A stretch of DNA of 64,000 bases from Candidatus Pelagibacter sp. GTDB lineage: Bacteria > Pseudomonadota > Alphaproteobacteria > Pelagibacterales > Pelagibacteraceae. The notes below the pieces were generated by a model that worked only from the letters and a program-made list of their open reading frames with translations, was not told the origin of the DNA and did not search any database. Positions 27,462 to 37,581 of the stretch are shown in pieces (positions within the stretch are counted from its first letter, which is position 1; every line of letters begins with the position of its first letter). The DNA lies in contig DASCPI010000012.1 in NCBI GenBank assembly GCA_036012475.1, positions 3,934-67,933 on the forward strand. The letters are read 5' to 3'. The position numbers and the translations under genes were made by a program.

Positions 27462-30098
27462 TTATTTAGGAATTATATTTTTCGTTTCATACGAACCAAG
27501 CGGAACAATTGTTAAAGAAAAGAAAAGTTGTTCCGTAGGTTTTAGGTCATTGTCATTATAATATTCTTTATTGTATTCTATCGCTGCTGTTAAACAGTCA
27601 TTTTGGTAACGATAAATTAAGTCATAATATTCTGTTAAATCAATTTTTTTATTTTTTCTAGTTGAAAAAGAAATTGAATTACTTTCATCAAAAGTATATG
27701 AAGTTGTATTCTGTAAATAATTTTCATCTCCTATATTATCTTTTTCTTCAATATACTTAAAAGATGTTACAAAATTATTTACTTGAAATTTAGCAGTTAT
27801 GTCGTGATATTTAAATTGGTCCATACCATTATCTACAGTGAAGTTATAACTTGAACTAAAAAAATTATTTGGCTCGACCTCAATATGCCCAACTATATCA
27901 GAGCTTTTATTTCCCAAAGAGCTTGAAGTAGGAATATCTTCATTAATCTCATCTCTAAATGCAGTCGCCAAACTTAATTCAAAAACATCCTTAGAAGTAT
28001 TACCTTCTTTTTCTTTTCTAGATTTTTTATATTCAGCACCAACTGTTAAAGACTGTCCACTTTCTACCGTATTGGCAAAACCAATTCTATCTAATGAAAA
28101 AATGTTATTTATATCAATTCTTCTATCTTCATTTTTTAAATTTTTCATCTGGGTTGGACTGTATCTCAATGATATTTTAGGAGTTAAGTAATTATTAAAA
28201 TTTATACCTTCTCTAAGTAATGGATAAGATGACTCAAAAATAAATGCCGACAGTAATTCCGTTTTTAAATTGTTTGAAATTTTTGCTGAGTTGTTTCCAT
28301 CAGAGTTGACGTTTTTTAACAAGACATTGTAATTATTTTTAATTCCATTTGCTAAATATTTATCATCTGATTTATATAATAAATCATTAATTATTTGAGC
28401 TTCTAATATATTAGTATCGTAAATGTGTTGAGAACCCGATGAACTGAATGTCAACGTTCCATTTAATGTATCATATTTTTTTATATTTTTATTTAAGCTA
28501 TAACTTGGAAGAATAAATTCATATCTATCACTATTCGATTTATCTAATTTTTCATAAATTTCAACTGAAGCATTTAAATCTAAATCTTCTTTATTTGCTG
28601 TTAAATTTATAAATGAATTTAATGTAGAAACTCCTTCAGAACTTCCTTCGCCTCCAAAGAGTGGAGAATCTAAATCAAATAATTTTAAATAAGTATTATT
28701 CGAAGTTTTTTGTAATTGAATTTCAAGATTACTTATATCAAAAATAGGCATATCAAGATCAATAATTGAATTAGAGAAAAAATGACTTCGTGCGTCGTTC
28801 TTGTCGGCTTCAGAAGAATCATGACCTTGAGTTAAACTAAAATCAAAAATATGATTAGCTTTTTTGCTTACTCGTCTGTATTCACTTTGAATTGAAAATT
28901 TATTATCAGTAAAAATTCTAGGTTTAAAAGTCAAATCTTCTTTATCAGACATCACATAAAAATATGGAATATAAGCCGAAGAACCTAAATTTTGCGATTC
29001 TCCAATTTGTGGAGTTAAAAAACCAGATTGGCGTTTAACTGTGGGGTCGGGATGAAAAAAAAATGGATAATATAGGACAGGTACATCATAAATTTTTAAC
29101 CATGCATTTTTATAATAAATTGTTTTTTTATTTTTATCATGTCTTGCTTCTTTTGCTTCAATTATCCAAGGAGGACATTTTTCGTCAGGTCTTTTTTTAC
29201 AAGTAGTAAAAACACCCTTAGAAACAGTAGTTTCATTTCTGTTTGAGTATGCTTTATTACCTTTTAATCTTGGATCGTTATCTATATTTCCAAAAGTATC
29301 TTTTTTAAAATTTACACTAAGATCTTTACCATGTAGTTCGTTTGTTTCAACATTTACAAAAACATCTTCAAAAGAATATTTATCTTTATTATCAGACTCT
29401 AAAGTAACTTTATTACCTCTAAGTAGTTTCTTATCACTTAAATATCTAAATTTTTCAGCTGTGTAAAAATTATTTATTGTGTCTTCAAAAGTAGTAAACT
29501 TTTCAGAAGAAAATTCTTTTTTATTTCTTAGCCAAACAATATCTTTAGAATTTATTGTATATTGTTTTTCAATAACTATTCTAGTTTTTCCCTCAGTAAA
29601 AATTTTTTCTTGATTTCTTATATAAATTATTTTTTCCGCTTCAGTAAAAACATTGTTTAAATTATCATCCACCTTCACATTTTTGTTTGCAGTATATTTT
29701 GAATCTTGTTTACTATATTCAAGTTCATCTGCTTCAATGGAAATTTTTTTCAAACTATCAAGGGCTTTGGAATTTCCTTTAGCAGTATAAACAAAAGTTA
29801 TTTTATTAAAAAAAAGCTTATCAGCTTTGATAATAACTTTGTTTAAGAGATCTATCCCTTGGGCATTGCCTTCAGCTGAAAGAATTTTAGTTGTTTTGTT
29901 ATATTCAAACTTATCAGCAATAATTTCCGTGCTATTATCTATAACAGCTTTGCCACCCTTATAAGCCTTTAAAATATTTCCATTTTCGAAAACTTCAATT
30001 TCTGGTGTTTCAAAAATTATTTCTTCACCAAAAACTATTTTTATTGGCAAGAAACAAAAAATAATAAATAGAAATGATAAAATTTTTTTATTTTTCAT
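27462..30098 (-). CDS. lptD: LPS assembly protein LptD
   Basis: FTTC...CPPW, HPDPTVKRQSGFL, C-terminal YQNDC; lptFG-lptD-surA-pdxA-rsmA synteny. Confidence 0.92.
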   Translation of the reverse strand: MKNKKILSFLFIIFCFLPIKIVFGEEIIFETPEIEVFENGNILKAYKGGKAVIDNSTEIIADKFEYNKTTKILSAEGNAQGIDLLNKVIIKADKLFFNKITFVYTAKGNSKALDSLKKISIEADELEYSKQDSKYTANKNVKVDDNLNNVFTEAEKIIYIRNQEKIFTEGKTRIVIEKQYTINSKDIVWLRNKKEFSSEKFTTFEDTINNFYTAEKFRYLSDKKLLRGNKVTLESDNKDKYSFEDVFVNVETNELHGKDLSVNFKKDTFGNIDNDPRLKGNKAYSNRNETTVSKGVFTTCKKRPDEKCPPWIIEAKEARHDKNKKTIYYKNAWLKIYDVPVLYYPFFFHPDPTVKRQSGFLTPQIGESQNLGSSAYIPYFYVMSDKEDLTFKPRIFTDNKFSIQSEYRRVSKKANHIFDFSLTQGHDSSEADKNDARSHFFSNSIIDLDMPIFDISNLEIQLQKTSNNTYLKLFDLDSPLFGGEGSSEGVSTLNSFINLTANKEDLDLNASVEIYEKLDKSNSDRYEFILPSYSLNKNIKKYDTLNGTLTFSSSGSQHIYDTNILEAQIINDLLYKSDDKYLANGIKNNYNVLLKNVNSDGNNSAKISNNLKTELLSAFIFESSYPLLREGINFNNYLTPKISLRYSPTQMKNLKNEDRRIDINNIFSLDRIGFANTVESGQSLTVGAEYKKSRKEKEGNTSKDVFELSLATAFRDEINEDIPTSSSLGNKSSDIVGHIEVEPNNFFSSSYNFTVDNGMDQFKYHDITAKFQVNNFVTSFKYIEEKDNIGDENYLQNTTSYTFDESNSISFSTRKNKKIDLTEYYDLIYRYQNDCLTAAIEYNKEYYNDNDLKPTEQLFFSLTIVPLGSYETKNIIPK

Positions 30099-31167
30099 TT
30101 AATCTGATTAATCCGATTGAGCTGATTAAAATTAAAATAATCAAGGGCAACCATACTGATAGAATTATAGGTATTTTTCCAGTTTCACCTAGCAAACCTG
30201 AGAAATAATTAACATAATATATTATAACTGATAACGTGATGCCCAAAATAACATTAAAAATTTTACTTTTTTTATATTTTGAATTGAACATGATAATCCC
30301 TGATAAAAGGGTCATTATTGCTAAATAAACAGGTACAGAAAAAATTTTATTTTCATATACTTTAATCCCCACCGTTGAATAACCTAATTTTTTATAATCT
30401 TTTTTTAACTTATTTAATTTCATCAAAGACATTGATGAAAGATTAGAAAACAAATTGTTGATTATTTCTATATCAAAGTTGCTATTTAAATTAACAGATT
30501 CTAATTTATTTGTAGTATTTTTTTTAGTAATAAATGGATTATTAATGTTCCACTTTTTTGATTTAATATTTACTTCTTCACTTTCGATAACTTGCAATAA
30601 GTTAAAATTTTTATCAAACTGTATTATAGATACATTTATTAATAGATCGTTGTTTATTTTATCGGCGTTTGTTATATTTATTGTTCCATTAACCTCATCT
30701 CTTATCCACAACCCATTTTCAGTTATAACAGCTAAATACTTGTCATCAGATGTAAATTGATTTTTTTTTAAAAGATATTGACTCTTTAGTTTTGATGAAA
30801 AAGTATAATAACCAAATATTAGAAACAATCCTACAATAAAAGAAAACAATACCATTATACGCAAAATTTGATTGTTAGTTATCCCAGTGTATTTGAAAAT
30901 AGATAATTCACTTTTGTTTATTAGTTTAATAAAAAATAACAAAGTAGAAATTAAAAAAATAAAAGGAAGTATGTCAAAAATAATAGATGGAGCATTAAGT
31001 AAAGCTAAAAATATTGGGTAATAACCAGTGACATTTTCTTCTCTTAAAAAATTTATTTCTTCAAACAAATTTATTATAAGTATTAAAGAAAAAAAAACTA
31101 AAATCACTTCTATCAAAGTTTTTGAAAATAAAAGTAAAATATATTTTTTATAAGTGTTAAGAATCAT
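30088..31167 (-). CDS. lptG: LPS export permease LptG
   Basis: YjgP/YjgQ topology; GLWIRD; second gene of the pair. Confidence 0.85.
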   Translation of the reverse strand: MILNTYKKYILLLFSKTLIEVILVFFSLILIINLFEEINFLREENVTGYYPIFLALLNAPSIIFDILPFIFLISTLLFFIKLINKSELSIFKYTGITNNQILRIMVLFSFIVGLFLIFGYYTFSSKLKSQYLLKKNQFTSDDKYLAVITENGLWIRDEVNGTINITNADKINNDLLINVSIIQFDKNFNLLQVIESEEVNIKSKKWNINNPFITKKNTTNKLESVNLNSNFDIEIINNLFSNLSSMSLMKLNKLKKDYKKLGYSTVGIKVYENKIFSVPVYLAIMTLLSGIIMFNSKYKKSKIFNVILGITLSVIIYYVNYFSGLLGETGKIPIILSVWLPLIILILISSIGLIRLNEK

Positions 31168-32318
31168 TGATTAATTAAATTAGGTTTTTTTAATTTAAAT
31201 TTTATATATAAATAGATGACTATTAAAAATAAAATAGGCAAAGTGAATATATGAATATTTTGAATAATTTTTGTAGAAGAATATTTTATTGAAATCTCAG
31301 AAATAATTATTGTAATTACTCCTAAAATAAATAATCCAAATTTATATTTGAAATATTCATAATCATCTTTTGATTTAATTATAATAAGACAAGCAATCAA
31401 ACATAATGGCAATAAGTAAAAAGGTGATATCAATCTTTTAAAAATTTCTTGAAAAGAATTTTTTAAATTTTCTGGTATACAGTTGTTTAATTTTTTTTTA
31501 GTTATCAAAACATTAAAAATATAAGCATTGTTAATGTTTTTTAATCTAATGACACAATTTAAAACATTATAAGTTCCAATTTCTTGAATTTTAGGATGAG
31601 TGGTTGTTTTAGTTGTAAATTTTGAAAGATTAATCTCAGTTTTTGAAAATTCAAAAGAATTTACTTTTTTGTTATTATTGTTAATTATTTTTCCATCAAA
31701 AAGCAATAAAGTACTTTTATTATCATATTTTTGTATTTTTCCTTCTTTAGCAAATATTGTTTGAGATTTATTTTTTTCAATTTTTTCTTTTAAAAAAATA
31801 TTTTTTAAATTTCCTTTATTATCTTTCTCTTCAACAAAAATTGTTAAATTTTTTACAACATCTATAAATTTTTTTTCCTGTATTATCGAAGAAAAAAGAT
31901 CAACATTAGATCCTCTAATATAAGATCTTGCTTTGTCTAAAGTTGTTGGAACAACATATGTTGTTAATAATAGTTGTAATATTAGGTAAAATATTGAAAA
32001 TTTTAATAGTACATTTACAAATTCAATTTTTTTTATTCCTATAGTCCAAAAAATAATTAATTCATTTTCATTTTCATATTTCAAAATTATGTAAAATAAA
32101 CTAATAAAATAAATGAATGGAAGAATTTTGCTAAATATCTTTGGAAGACTTAATAAAGTATATAGAAAGTATACTTTAAATCCATGACCGTCTTCTGTGA
32201 CGATATCTAAAAAATTTACTGCTTGAATTACCCATACTATTAAAGAAATACTTATAGAAACAAGCAAAAAAAATTGAAAAACATCCTTTGCAAATTTTTT
32301 AAAAATCAATTTTTTCAT
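31164..32318 (-). CDS. lptF: LPS export permease LptF
   Basis: VWVIQAVNFLD, ENELIIFWTIG; divergent from pepA. Confidence 0.85.
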   Translation of the reverse strand: MKKLIFKKFAKDVFQFFLLVSISISLIVWVIQAVNFLDIVTEDGHGFKVYFLYTLLSLPKIFSKILPFIYFISLFYIILKYENENELIIFWTIGIKKIEFVNVLLKFSIFYLILQLLLTTYVVPTTLDKARSYIRGSNVDLFSSIIQEKKFIDVVKNLTIFVEEKDNKGNLKNIFLKEKIEKNKSQTIFAKEGKIQKYDNKSTLLLFDGKIINNNNKKVNSFEFSKTEINLSKFTTKTTTHPKIQEIGTYNVLNCVIRLKNINNAYIFNVLITKKKLNNCIPENLKNSFQEIFKRLISPFYLLPLCLIACLIIIKSKDDYEYFKYKFGLFILGVITIIISEISIKYSSTKIIQNIHIFTLPILFLIVIYLYIKFKLKKPNLINQ

Positions 32319-32376
32319 TGAAATATGACAATTTTGAACATATATAACATTTCAACCTAAAGTATATATGTAATCT

Positions 32377-33840
32377 ATGAGTGTTCAAGTTGTCTATAAA
32401 AATAAAGCTAAATCAGGCAATCTAGGTGTAATTGCTTTATTTGCTGATGAAAAATTTCGAATAAAAAATACAAAAGATTTTTTATCAAAAAATGAAACTT
32501 CTTATATTGAAAGAATTATAAAAAATAAAAAAAATACTAAAGAAAATATTGTTTCTTTTAACATAAACGAAAAAACTACTGTTATTTTAATATCATTAAA
32601 AAAAGACTCTAAAAGTTTTGATATAGAAAATTTAGGTGCAGTATTTTATAATTTTATAAAAAAAAATTCCTTTAAAGACCTATCTATAATTAGCCAAAGC
32701 GTGAAAAGTAAACCTGAAAAAGATTTTATAGGTCGTTTTATTCATGGTTTAAAATTAAAATCATATGAATTTAATATATATAAATCAAAAAAAATAAAAA
32801 ATATAATAACAATTGATATAATTGGAAAACAAAGTGGCACAGCATTAAAAAATAAATTAAAATTTAAAGCTTTAGAAGAAGGAACAAATTTTACTAGAGA
32901 TTTAGTTTCAGAACCAGGAAATATACTGCATCCAGATGAATATGCTAAAAGATTACTTAAATTAAAAAAACATGGATTAAAAGTTACAGTATATGATGAG
33001 AAAAAATTAAAAAAATTAGGATTAAATGCTTTAGTAGGAGTAGGTCAAGGAAGCATAAGAGGTTCTTACCTTGTAACTATTGAATGGAATGGATCTAAAT
33101 CAAAATCAAAACCATTAGCATTTATAGGAAAAGGTGTTTGTTTTGATACAGGAGGTATTTCTTTAAAACCAGGAAGGTTTATGGAAGAAATGACATATGA
33201 CATGGCAGGTTCAGCTGTTGTAGCAGGATTAATGAAAAACTTTGCTATAAGAAAAGCAAAAATAAATGTTGTTGGAGTCGTTGGACTTGTTGAAAATATG
33301 CCAGGTGGAAATGCTCAGAGACCTGGTGACATAGTAAAATCCTATAGTGGAAAAACAATAGAAATTTTAAATACTGATGCAGAAGGAAGATTGGTTTTAG
33401 CAGATGCATTAAGTTTTACTGAAAAGAAATTTAAACCTAATTTTATGATTGATTTAGCAACTTTAACTGGAGCTATTATTGTATGTTTAGGAGAAGAGTA
33501 TGCTGGACTTTTTTCAAATAATGATGATATTTCAAAAAAAATATTTGACGCTGGAGAGAAAATAAATGAAAAAGTTTGGCGATTACCTCTTCATAAAAAT
33601 TATGATAAACTTATGGATTCCAAAACTGCTGATGTACAAAATATAAATTATGCTGGTGGAGCAGGTTCAATTACTGCTGCACAATTTTTACAGAGATTTA
33701 TTTTAAATAAAACTCCTTGGGCTCATTTAGATATAGCTGGAATGGCTTTTTCAAAAAAAGCATCAAACTTAAATCCCAGAGGTGCTACTGGATTTGGCGT
33801 AAGGTTATTAAATAAATTTGTGGAAGAAAACTATGAATAA
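32377..33840 (+). CDS. pepA: Leucyl aminopeptidase (M17)
   Basis: GKGVCFDTGG, DMAG, NTDAEGRL, ATLTGA, HLDIAG. Confidence 0.96.
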   Translation: MSVQVVYKNKAKSGNLGVIALFADEKFRIKNTKDFLSKNETSYIERIIKNKKNTKENIVSFNINEKTTVILISLKKDSKSFDIENLGAVFYNFIKKNSFKDLSIISQSVKSKPEKDFIGRFIHGLKLKSYEFNIYKSKKIKNIITIDIIGKQSGTALKNKLKFKALEEGTNFTRDLVSEPGNILHPDEYAKRLLKLKKHGLKVTVYDEKKLKKLGLNALVGVGQGSIRGSYLVTIEWNGSKSKSKPLAFIGKGVCFDTGGISLKPGRFMEEMTYDMAGSAVVAGLMKNFAIRKAKINVVGVVGLVENMPGGNAQRPGDIVKSYSGKTIEILNTDAEGRLVLADALSFTEKKFKPNFMIDLATLTGAIIVCLGEEYAGLFSNNDDISKKIFDAGEKINEKVWRLPLHKNYDKLMDSKTADVQNINYAGGAGSITAAQFLQRFILNKTPWAHLDIAGMAFSKKASNLNPRGATGFGVRLLNKFVEENYE

Positions 33841-34243
33841 TATTGAACAAACATTATCAATTATTAAACCAGATGCTATTGAGAGAAACTTAGAGAATGA
33901 AATAAAAAAAGAGTTTATTAATAAAGGTTTTAAAATAGTAAAAGAAAAAAAAATCCAACTAGCAAAATCTGAAGCAGAACAATTCTATAAAGTTCATGAA
34001 ACAAAACCTTTTTACAATGATTTATGTACTTATTTATCTTCAGGACCAATTATAGTTATGGTTCTCGAAAAAGAAGGCGCAGTGATGGCTAATAGAGAGC
34101 TTATGGGAGCTACAGATCCAAAAAAAGCTGAAGAGGGAACTCTTAGGAAAAAATTTGGTGTTTCAATTGATAAAAACTCTGTTCATGGATCTGATAGTGT
34201 AGAGAATACTAAAATAGAAATTAATTTTTTTTTTAAAAGTTAA
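33833..34243 (+). CDS. ndk: Nucleoside diphosphate kinase
   Basis: EQTLSIIKPDA, GATDP, NSVHGSDS. ATG at 33833. Confidence 0.97.
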   Translation: MNNIEQTLSIIKPDAIERNLENEIKKEFINKGFKIVKEKKIQLAKSEAEQFYKVHETKPFYNDLCTYLSSGPIIVMVLEKEGAVMANRELMGATDPKKAEEGTLRKKFGVSIDKNSVHGSDSVENTKIEINFFFKS

Positions 34244-34818
34244 TTAAAAATTTTCTTAATAGCCCTGGGATATAGCTTATGTTCTTCTCTAAGAATTTTT
34301 TTTCTTAAAGTATTTTCTTTATCAGCTTTGCTTATTTTTATTTTTTTTTGTAATATTATTTTTCCAGAGTCCAGTTTAGTTGTAACGTAATGGACAGTGC
34401 AGCCTGAAAATTTTTCATTATTTTTCAGGACTCTTTTATGTGTATCTAAACCCTTATATTTTGGAAGCAAAGAAGGATGTATATTCACTGCTTTACCGTT
34501 AAACTTCTTAAGAAAATTATTTGATAAAATTTTCATGAAGCCAGCGAGACAAATAAATGTGATTTTTTTTTTTGTTAGTAGTCTTATGATTTTTTTTTCA
34601 GATTCTTTTTGTTTAATAAAGTTAAATGTTTTTTTTTCAATTTTTTGTTGCTTAGCATATTTTAAACCTTTTGCGTTTTTGTTATTAGAAATAACTAAAT
34701 TTATAGAAATTGGCGAATTTTTTTTAGAAGAAAATTTAATTAAGTTTTTTAAATTTGAGCCAGTTCCAGATATAAATACCGCTGTTTTGACTTTATCAGG
34801 ACCAATTGATTTTTTCAT
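34240..34818 (-). CDS. purN: Phosphoribosylglycinamide formyltransferase
   Basis: SGTGSNL, LAGFM, NIHPSLLP, LDSG. Confidence 0.96.
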   Translation of the reverse strand: MKKSIGPDKVKTAVFISGTGSNLKNLIKFSSKKNSPISINLVISNNKNAKGLKYAKQQKIEKKTFNFIKQKESEKKIIRLLTKKKITFICLAGFMKILSNNFLKKFNGKAVNIHPSLLPKYKGLDTHKRVLKNNEKFSGCTVHYVTTKLDSGKIILQKKIKISKADKENTLRKKILREEHKLYPRAIKKIFN

Positions 34819-35824
34819 TTAATTTTATTTTATTTTTTCCAGAAATAATTTTACCAATAATATAAGGCTCATATTCTCTCGAAAAAAATTTTTTTATTTT
34901 TTTTAAATTTTTAGATTGAATTATTATACAGAAACCAACTCCGCAATTGAAAGTTTTTAGCATTTCTTTGTCACTAATTTTATTTTTTCTTAACCATTTA
35001 AATATTTTTTTAGTTTTTATGTTATTAAGATTTATTTCCGCAGTTAATCCTTCTGGTATAATTCTTTTTATGTTATCAGATAAGCCGCCGCCAGTAATAT
35101 TGGCACATCCAATAATTAAGTTATATTTTATTAAACTTAAAATTTCTTTAACATAAATTTTTGTTGGTTTTAATAATTCTTTATTCAAGAATTTATTTTT
35201 TTTTATATTTATATTTTTTTTTTTTAAGATATGTCTGACTAAAGAATAACCATTTGAATGAATTCCACTAGAGGGAATAGCTAAAATTAAATTGTTTTTT
35301 TTAATTTTTTTTTTTTGAAGAATTTTGTTTTGATCTACTATTCCTATTGAAAAACCAGCTATATCAAATTTACCACTTTCATAAGTACCTGGCATTTCAG
35401 CTGTTTCTCCACCAACTAGTTCGCAGCCCGAAATATTACAACCTTTTATAATACCTTTTACTATTGATTTAAGCTTGGCTAAATTAATTTTGTTAATTGA
35501 TATGTAGTCAAGAAAAAGAAGTGGCTTAGCACCTTGAACTATTAAGTCATTCACACACATAGCAACAAGATCTATCCCAATGGTATCATATTTTTTTAAT
35601 AGATTTGCTATCTCGATTTTTGTACCAACACCATCGGTGCTTGCAACTATCTTTGGTTTTTTAATATTTTTTGGAATGCTAGATATAGATCCAAAACCAC
35701 CAATATTTTCAAAACTTTTATTTTTTTTATTTTTTTTCGAAATTTTAGATATAAATTTAACAAATTTGTCTGAAGCTGCAATATTGACGCCACTTTTTTC
35801 ATATGTAAATTTATGTTTATTCAT
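34796..35824 (-). CDS. purM: Phosphoribosylformylglycinamidine cyclo-ligase
   Basis: TDGVGTK, GGETAEMPG, SSGIHSNGYS, TFNCG. Confidence 0.97.
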   Translation of the reverse strand: MNKHKFTYEKSGVNIAASDKFVKFISKISKKNKKNKSFENIGGFGSISSIPKNIKKPKIVASTDGVGTKIEIANLLKKYDTIGIDLVAMCVNDLIVQGAKPLLFLDYISINKINLAKLKSIVKGIIKGCNISGCELVGGETAEMPGTYESGKFDIAGFSIGIVDQNKILQKKKIKKNNLILAIPSSGIHSNGYSLVRHILKKKNINIKKNKFLNKELLKPTKIYVKEILSLIKYNLIIGCANITGGGLSDNIKRIIPEGLTAEINLNNIKTKKIFKWLRKNKISDKEMLKTFNCGVGFCIIIQSKNLKKIKKFFSREYEPYIIGKIISGKNKIKLNEKINWS

Positions 35825-35841
35825 TATTATTAAGGTTAAAT

Positions 35842-36921
35842 ATGATTTTTAAATATAAATTAGAAATAGTAAAAAAGTTTTTTAAATTTATTTTCTTCTT
35901 AGTCATTTTTTTTAACTCTATAGTGATTTCAAAATTACATGCTAATTCATTTAATATAAACGAAATAGAAGTTTCTGAAGACTTTAATTTAGATTTTAAT
36001 AAAAAAAAGGTCTTTGATAAAGCATTTGAATCGGCTTTTTTTCAATTAATTTCAACCATAATTGTTTCAAACGACATTAAAAAAATAGAAAAAACAAATT
36101 TATTTACAATAAAAAGTTTAATTGATTCTTTTAATGTAAGTGACGAAAAATTTTTTGAAAACAAATATTATGCAAAATTTAATGTTACTTTTAATAAAAA
36201 AAATACTTACAGATATATTGAGTCAAAAAATATTTTTCCTTCAATGCCGAAAAAAATGGACCTGTTGCTTTTACCCTTGCTAATTAATAGGAAAGAAAAC
36301 GAACTAGTTTATTTTGGAGAAAACCCAATTTACAATAATTGGAATAAGTACAAAAAAAATTACCATTTGTTAAATTATATTCTTCCAAACGAAGATATTG
36401 AAGATATACAAATTTTTAATAACAATGTGGAGTTAATCGAAGAGTATAATTTTGAGAACATTGTTAAAAAATACGATCTAGAAGACTATATAATATCAAT
36501 TATTTACCAAAACCAAAATCAAATTAATGTTTTGTCAAAGTTACAACTAAAAAATCACTACAAAATTTTTAATATCAGTTATAACGATTTAGATCTTAAC
36601 GAAGATAAATCTATTTCAAGATTTATATTCGATTTAAAAAATATCTACGAAGATGAGTGGAAAAAATTAAATTTAATAAACACTTCAATTCAATTACCTA
36701 TAACTTTTTCTTTGTCATCCAAGGATTATGATAAAATTGAATTGTTTGAAAAGACTTTAGAAAATTTAGATTTAGTTTCAAATTTTATGATATTATCTTT
36801 TAACAACAAAGATATTTTATATAGAGTTATTTATAATGGATCACCAGATAAATTTTTTAAAGAAATAGAAACTTTAGGATTAAATCTTGAAAGAAATAAT
36901 CAAACTTGGAAGATTAAATGA
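35842..36921 (+). CDS. Conserved exported protein (DUF2066-like position between purM and hda)
   Basis: Signal-like N-terminus; synteny; DEWKK motif. Confidence 0.6.
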   Translation: MIFKYKLEIVKKFFKFIFFLVIFFNSIVISKLHANSFNINEIEVSEDFNLDFNKKKVFDKAFESAFFQLISTIIVSNDIKKIEKTNLFTIKSLIDSFNVSDEKFFENKYYAKFNVTFNKKNTYRYIESKNIFPSMPKKMDLLLLPLLINRKENELVYFGENPIYNNWNKYKKNYHLLNYILPNEDIEDIQIFNNNVELIEEYNFENIVKKYDLEDYIISIIYQNQNQINVLSKLQLKNHYKIFNISYNDLDLNEDKSISRFIFDLKNIYEDEWKKLNLINTSIQLPITFSLSSKDYDKIELFEKTLENLDLVSNFMILSFNNKDILYRVIYNGSPDKFFKEIETLGLNLERNNQTWKIK

Positions 36922-37580
36922 AAGATTTAAATCAGCTATTATTAAAATTTGATTTGAAACAAAATTATAAAAATGAGGACTTTTATGTAAATAAAAGTAA
37001 TTTTTTTGCATTTAGTTTAATTGAGAAGTGGCCTAAGTGGGAAAAGAACATATTAAACGTATATGGCGAAAAACATTGTGGTAAAACACACTTATCAAAT
37101 ATATTTAATAAAAAACATAAAGCTTTTAAAATGCAAGCAAATGAGTTTAGCCATGAAAATTTAAAAGAATTTAAGGTTTTTGAGAATTTAATATTGGATG
37201 ATTTTGATGAAAATATTAATGAAAAGCTAATGTATACTTTGTTTAATGTGGCCGATCAGGATAACAAATTTATTTTGATTAATTCATTGATTCCAATCAA
37301 TGAATTAAATTTTAAACTTCAAGATTTTATATCTAGATCAAAAAATTGTATTTTCGCTAAAATTGAAAATCCTGACGATGAATTAATGTTTGCGATTTTA
37401 CTAAAAAATTTTTCAGATAGGCAAATTAAAGTCGATAAAAAACTTATAGATTTTATTATTAAACACATTGATAGATCTTATGGAAAAATATATGAATTTG
37501 TATATAAACTTGATGAAATCAGTTTAAAAAAAAAGAAATCTATTGATTTCAAAATTATTAAAGAAGCATTGAAGGTTTAA
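36918..37580 (+). CDS. hda: DnaA-homologous Hda/HdaA protein
   Basis: QLLLKF clamp-binding motif, GEKHCGKTHL P-loop, DFISR. Confidence 0.8.
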   Translation: MKDLNQLLLKFDLKQNYKNEDFYVNKSNFFAFSLIEKWPKWEKNILNVYGEKHCGKTHLSNIFNKKHKAFKMQANEFSHENLKEFKVFENLILDDFDENINEKLMYTLFNVADQDNKFILINSLIPINELNFKLQDFISRSKNCIFAKIENPDDELMFAILLKNFSDRQIKVDKKLIDFIIKHIDRSYGKIYEFVYKLDEISLKKKKSIDFKIIKEALKV

Positions 37581-37581
37581 A

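Noticed and set aside
35295-35316. Long T runs in purM (similar runs in surA and rpsR)
   Set aside because: In-frame poly-Lys codons typical of this base composition; no evidence of phase variation.
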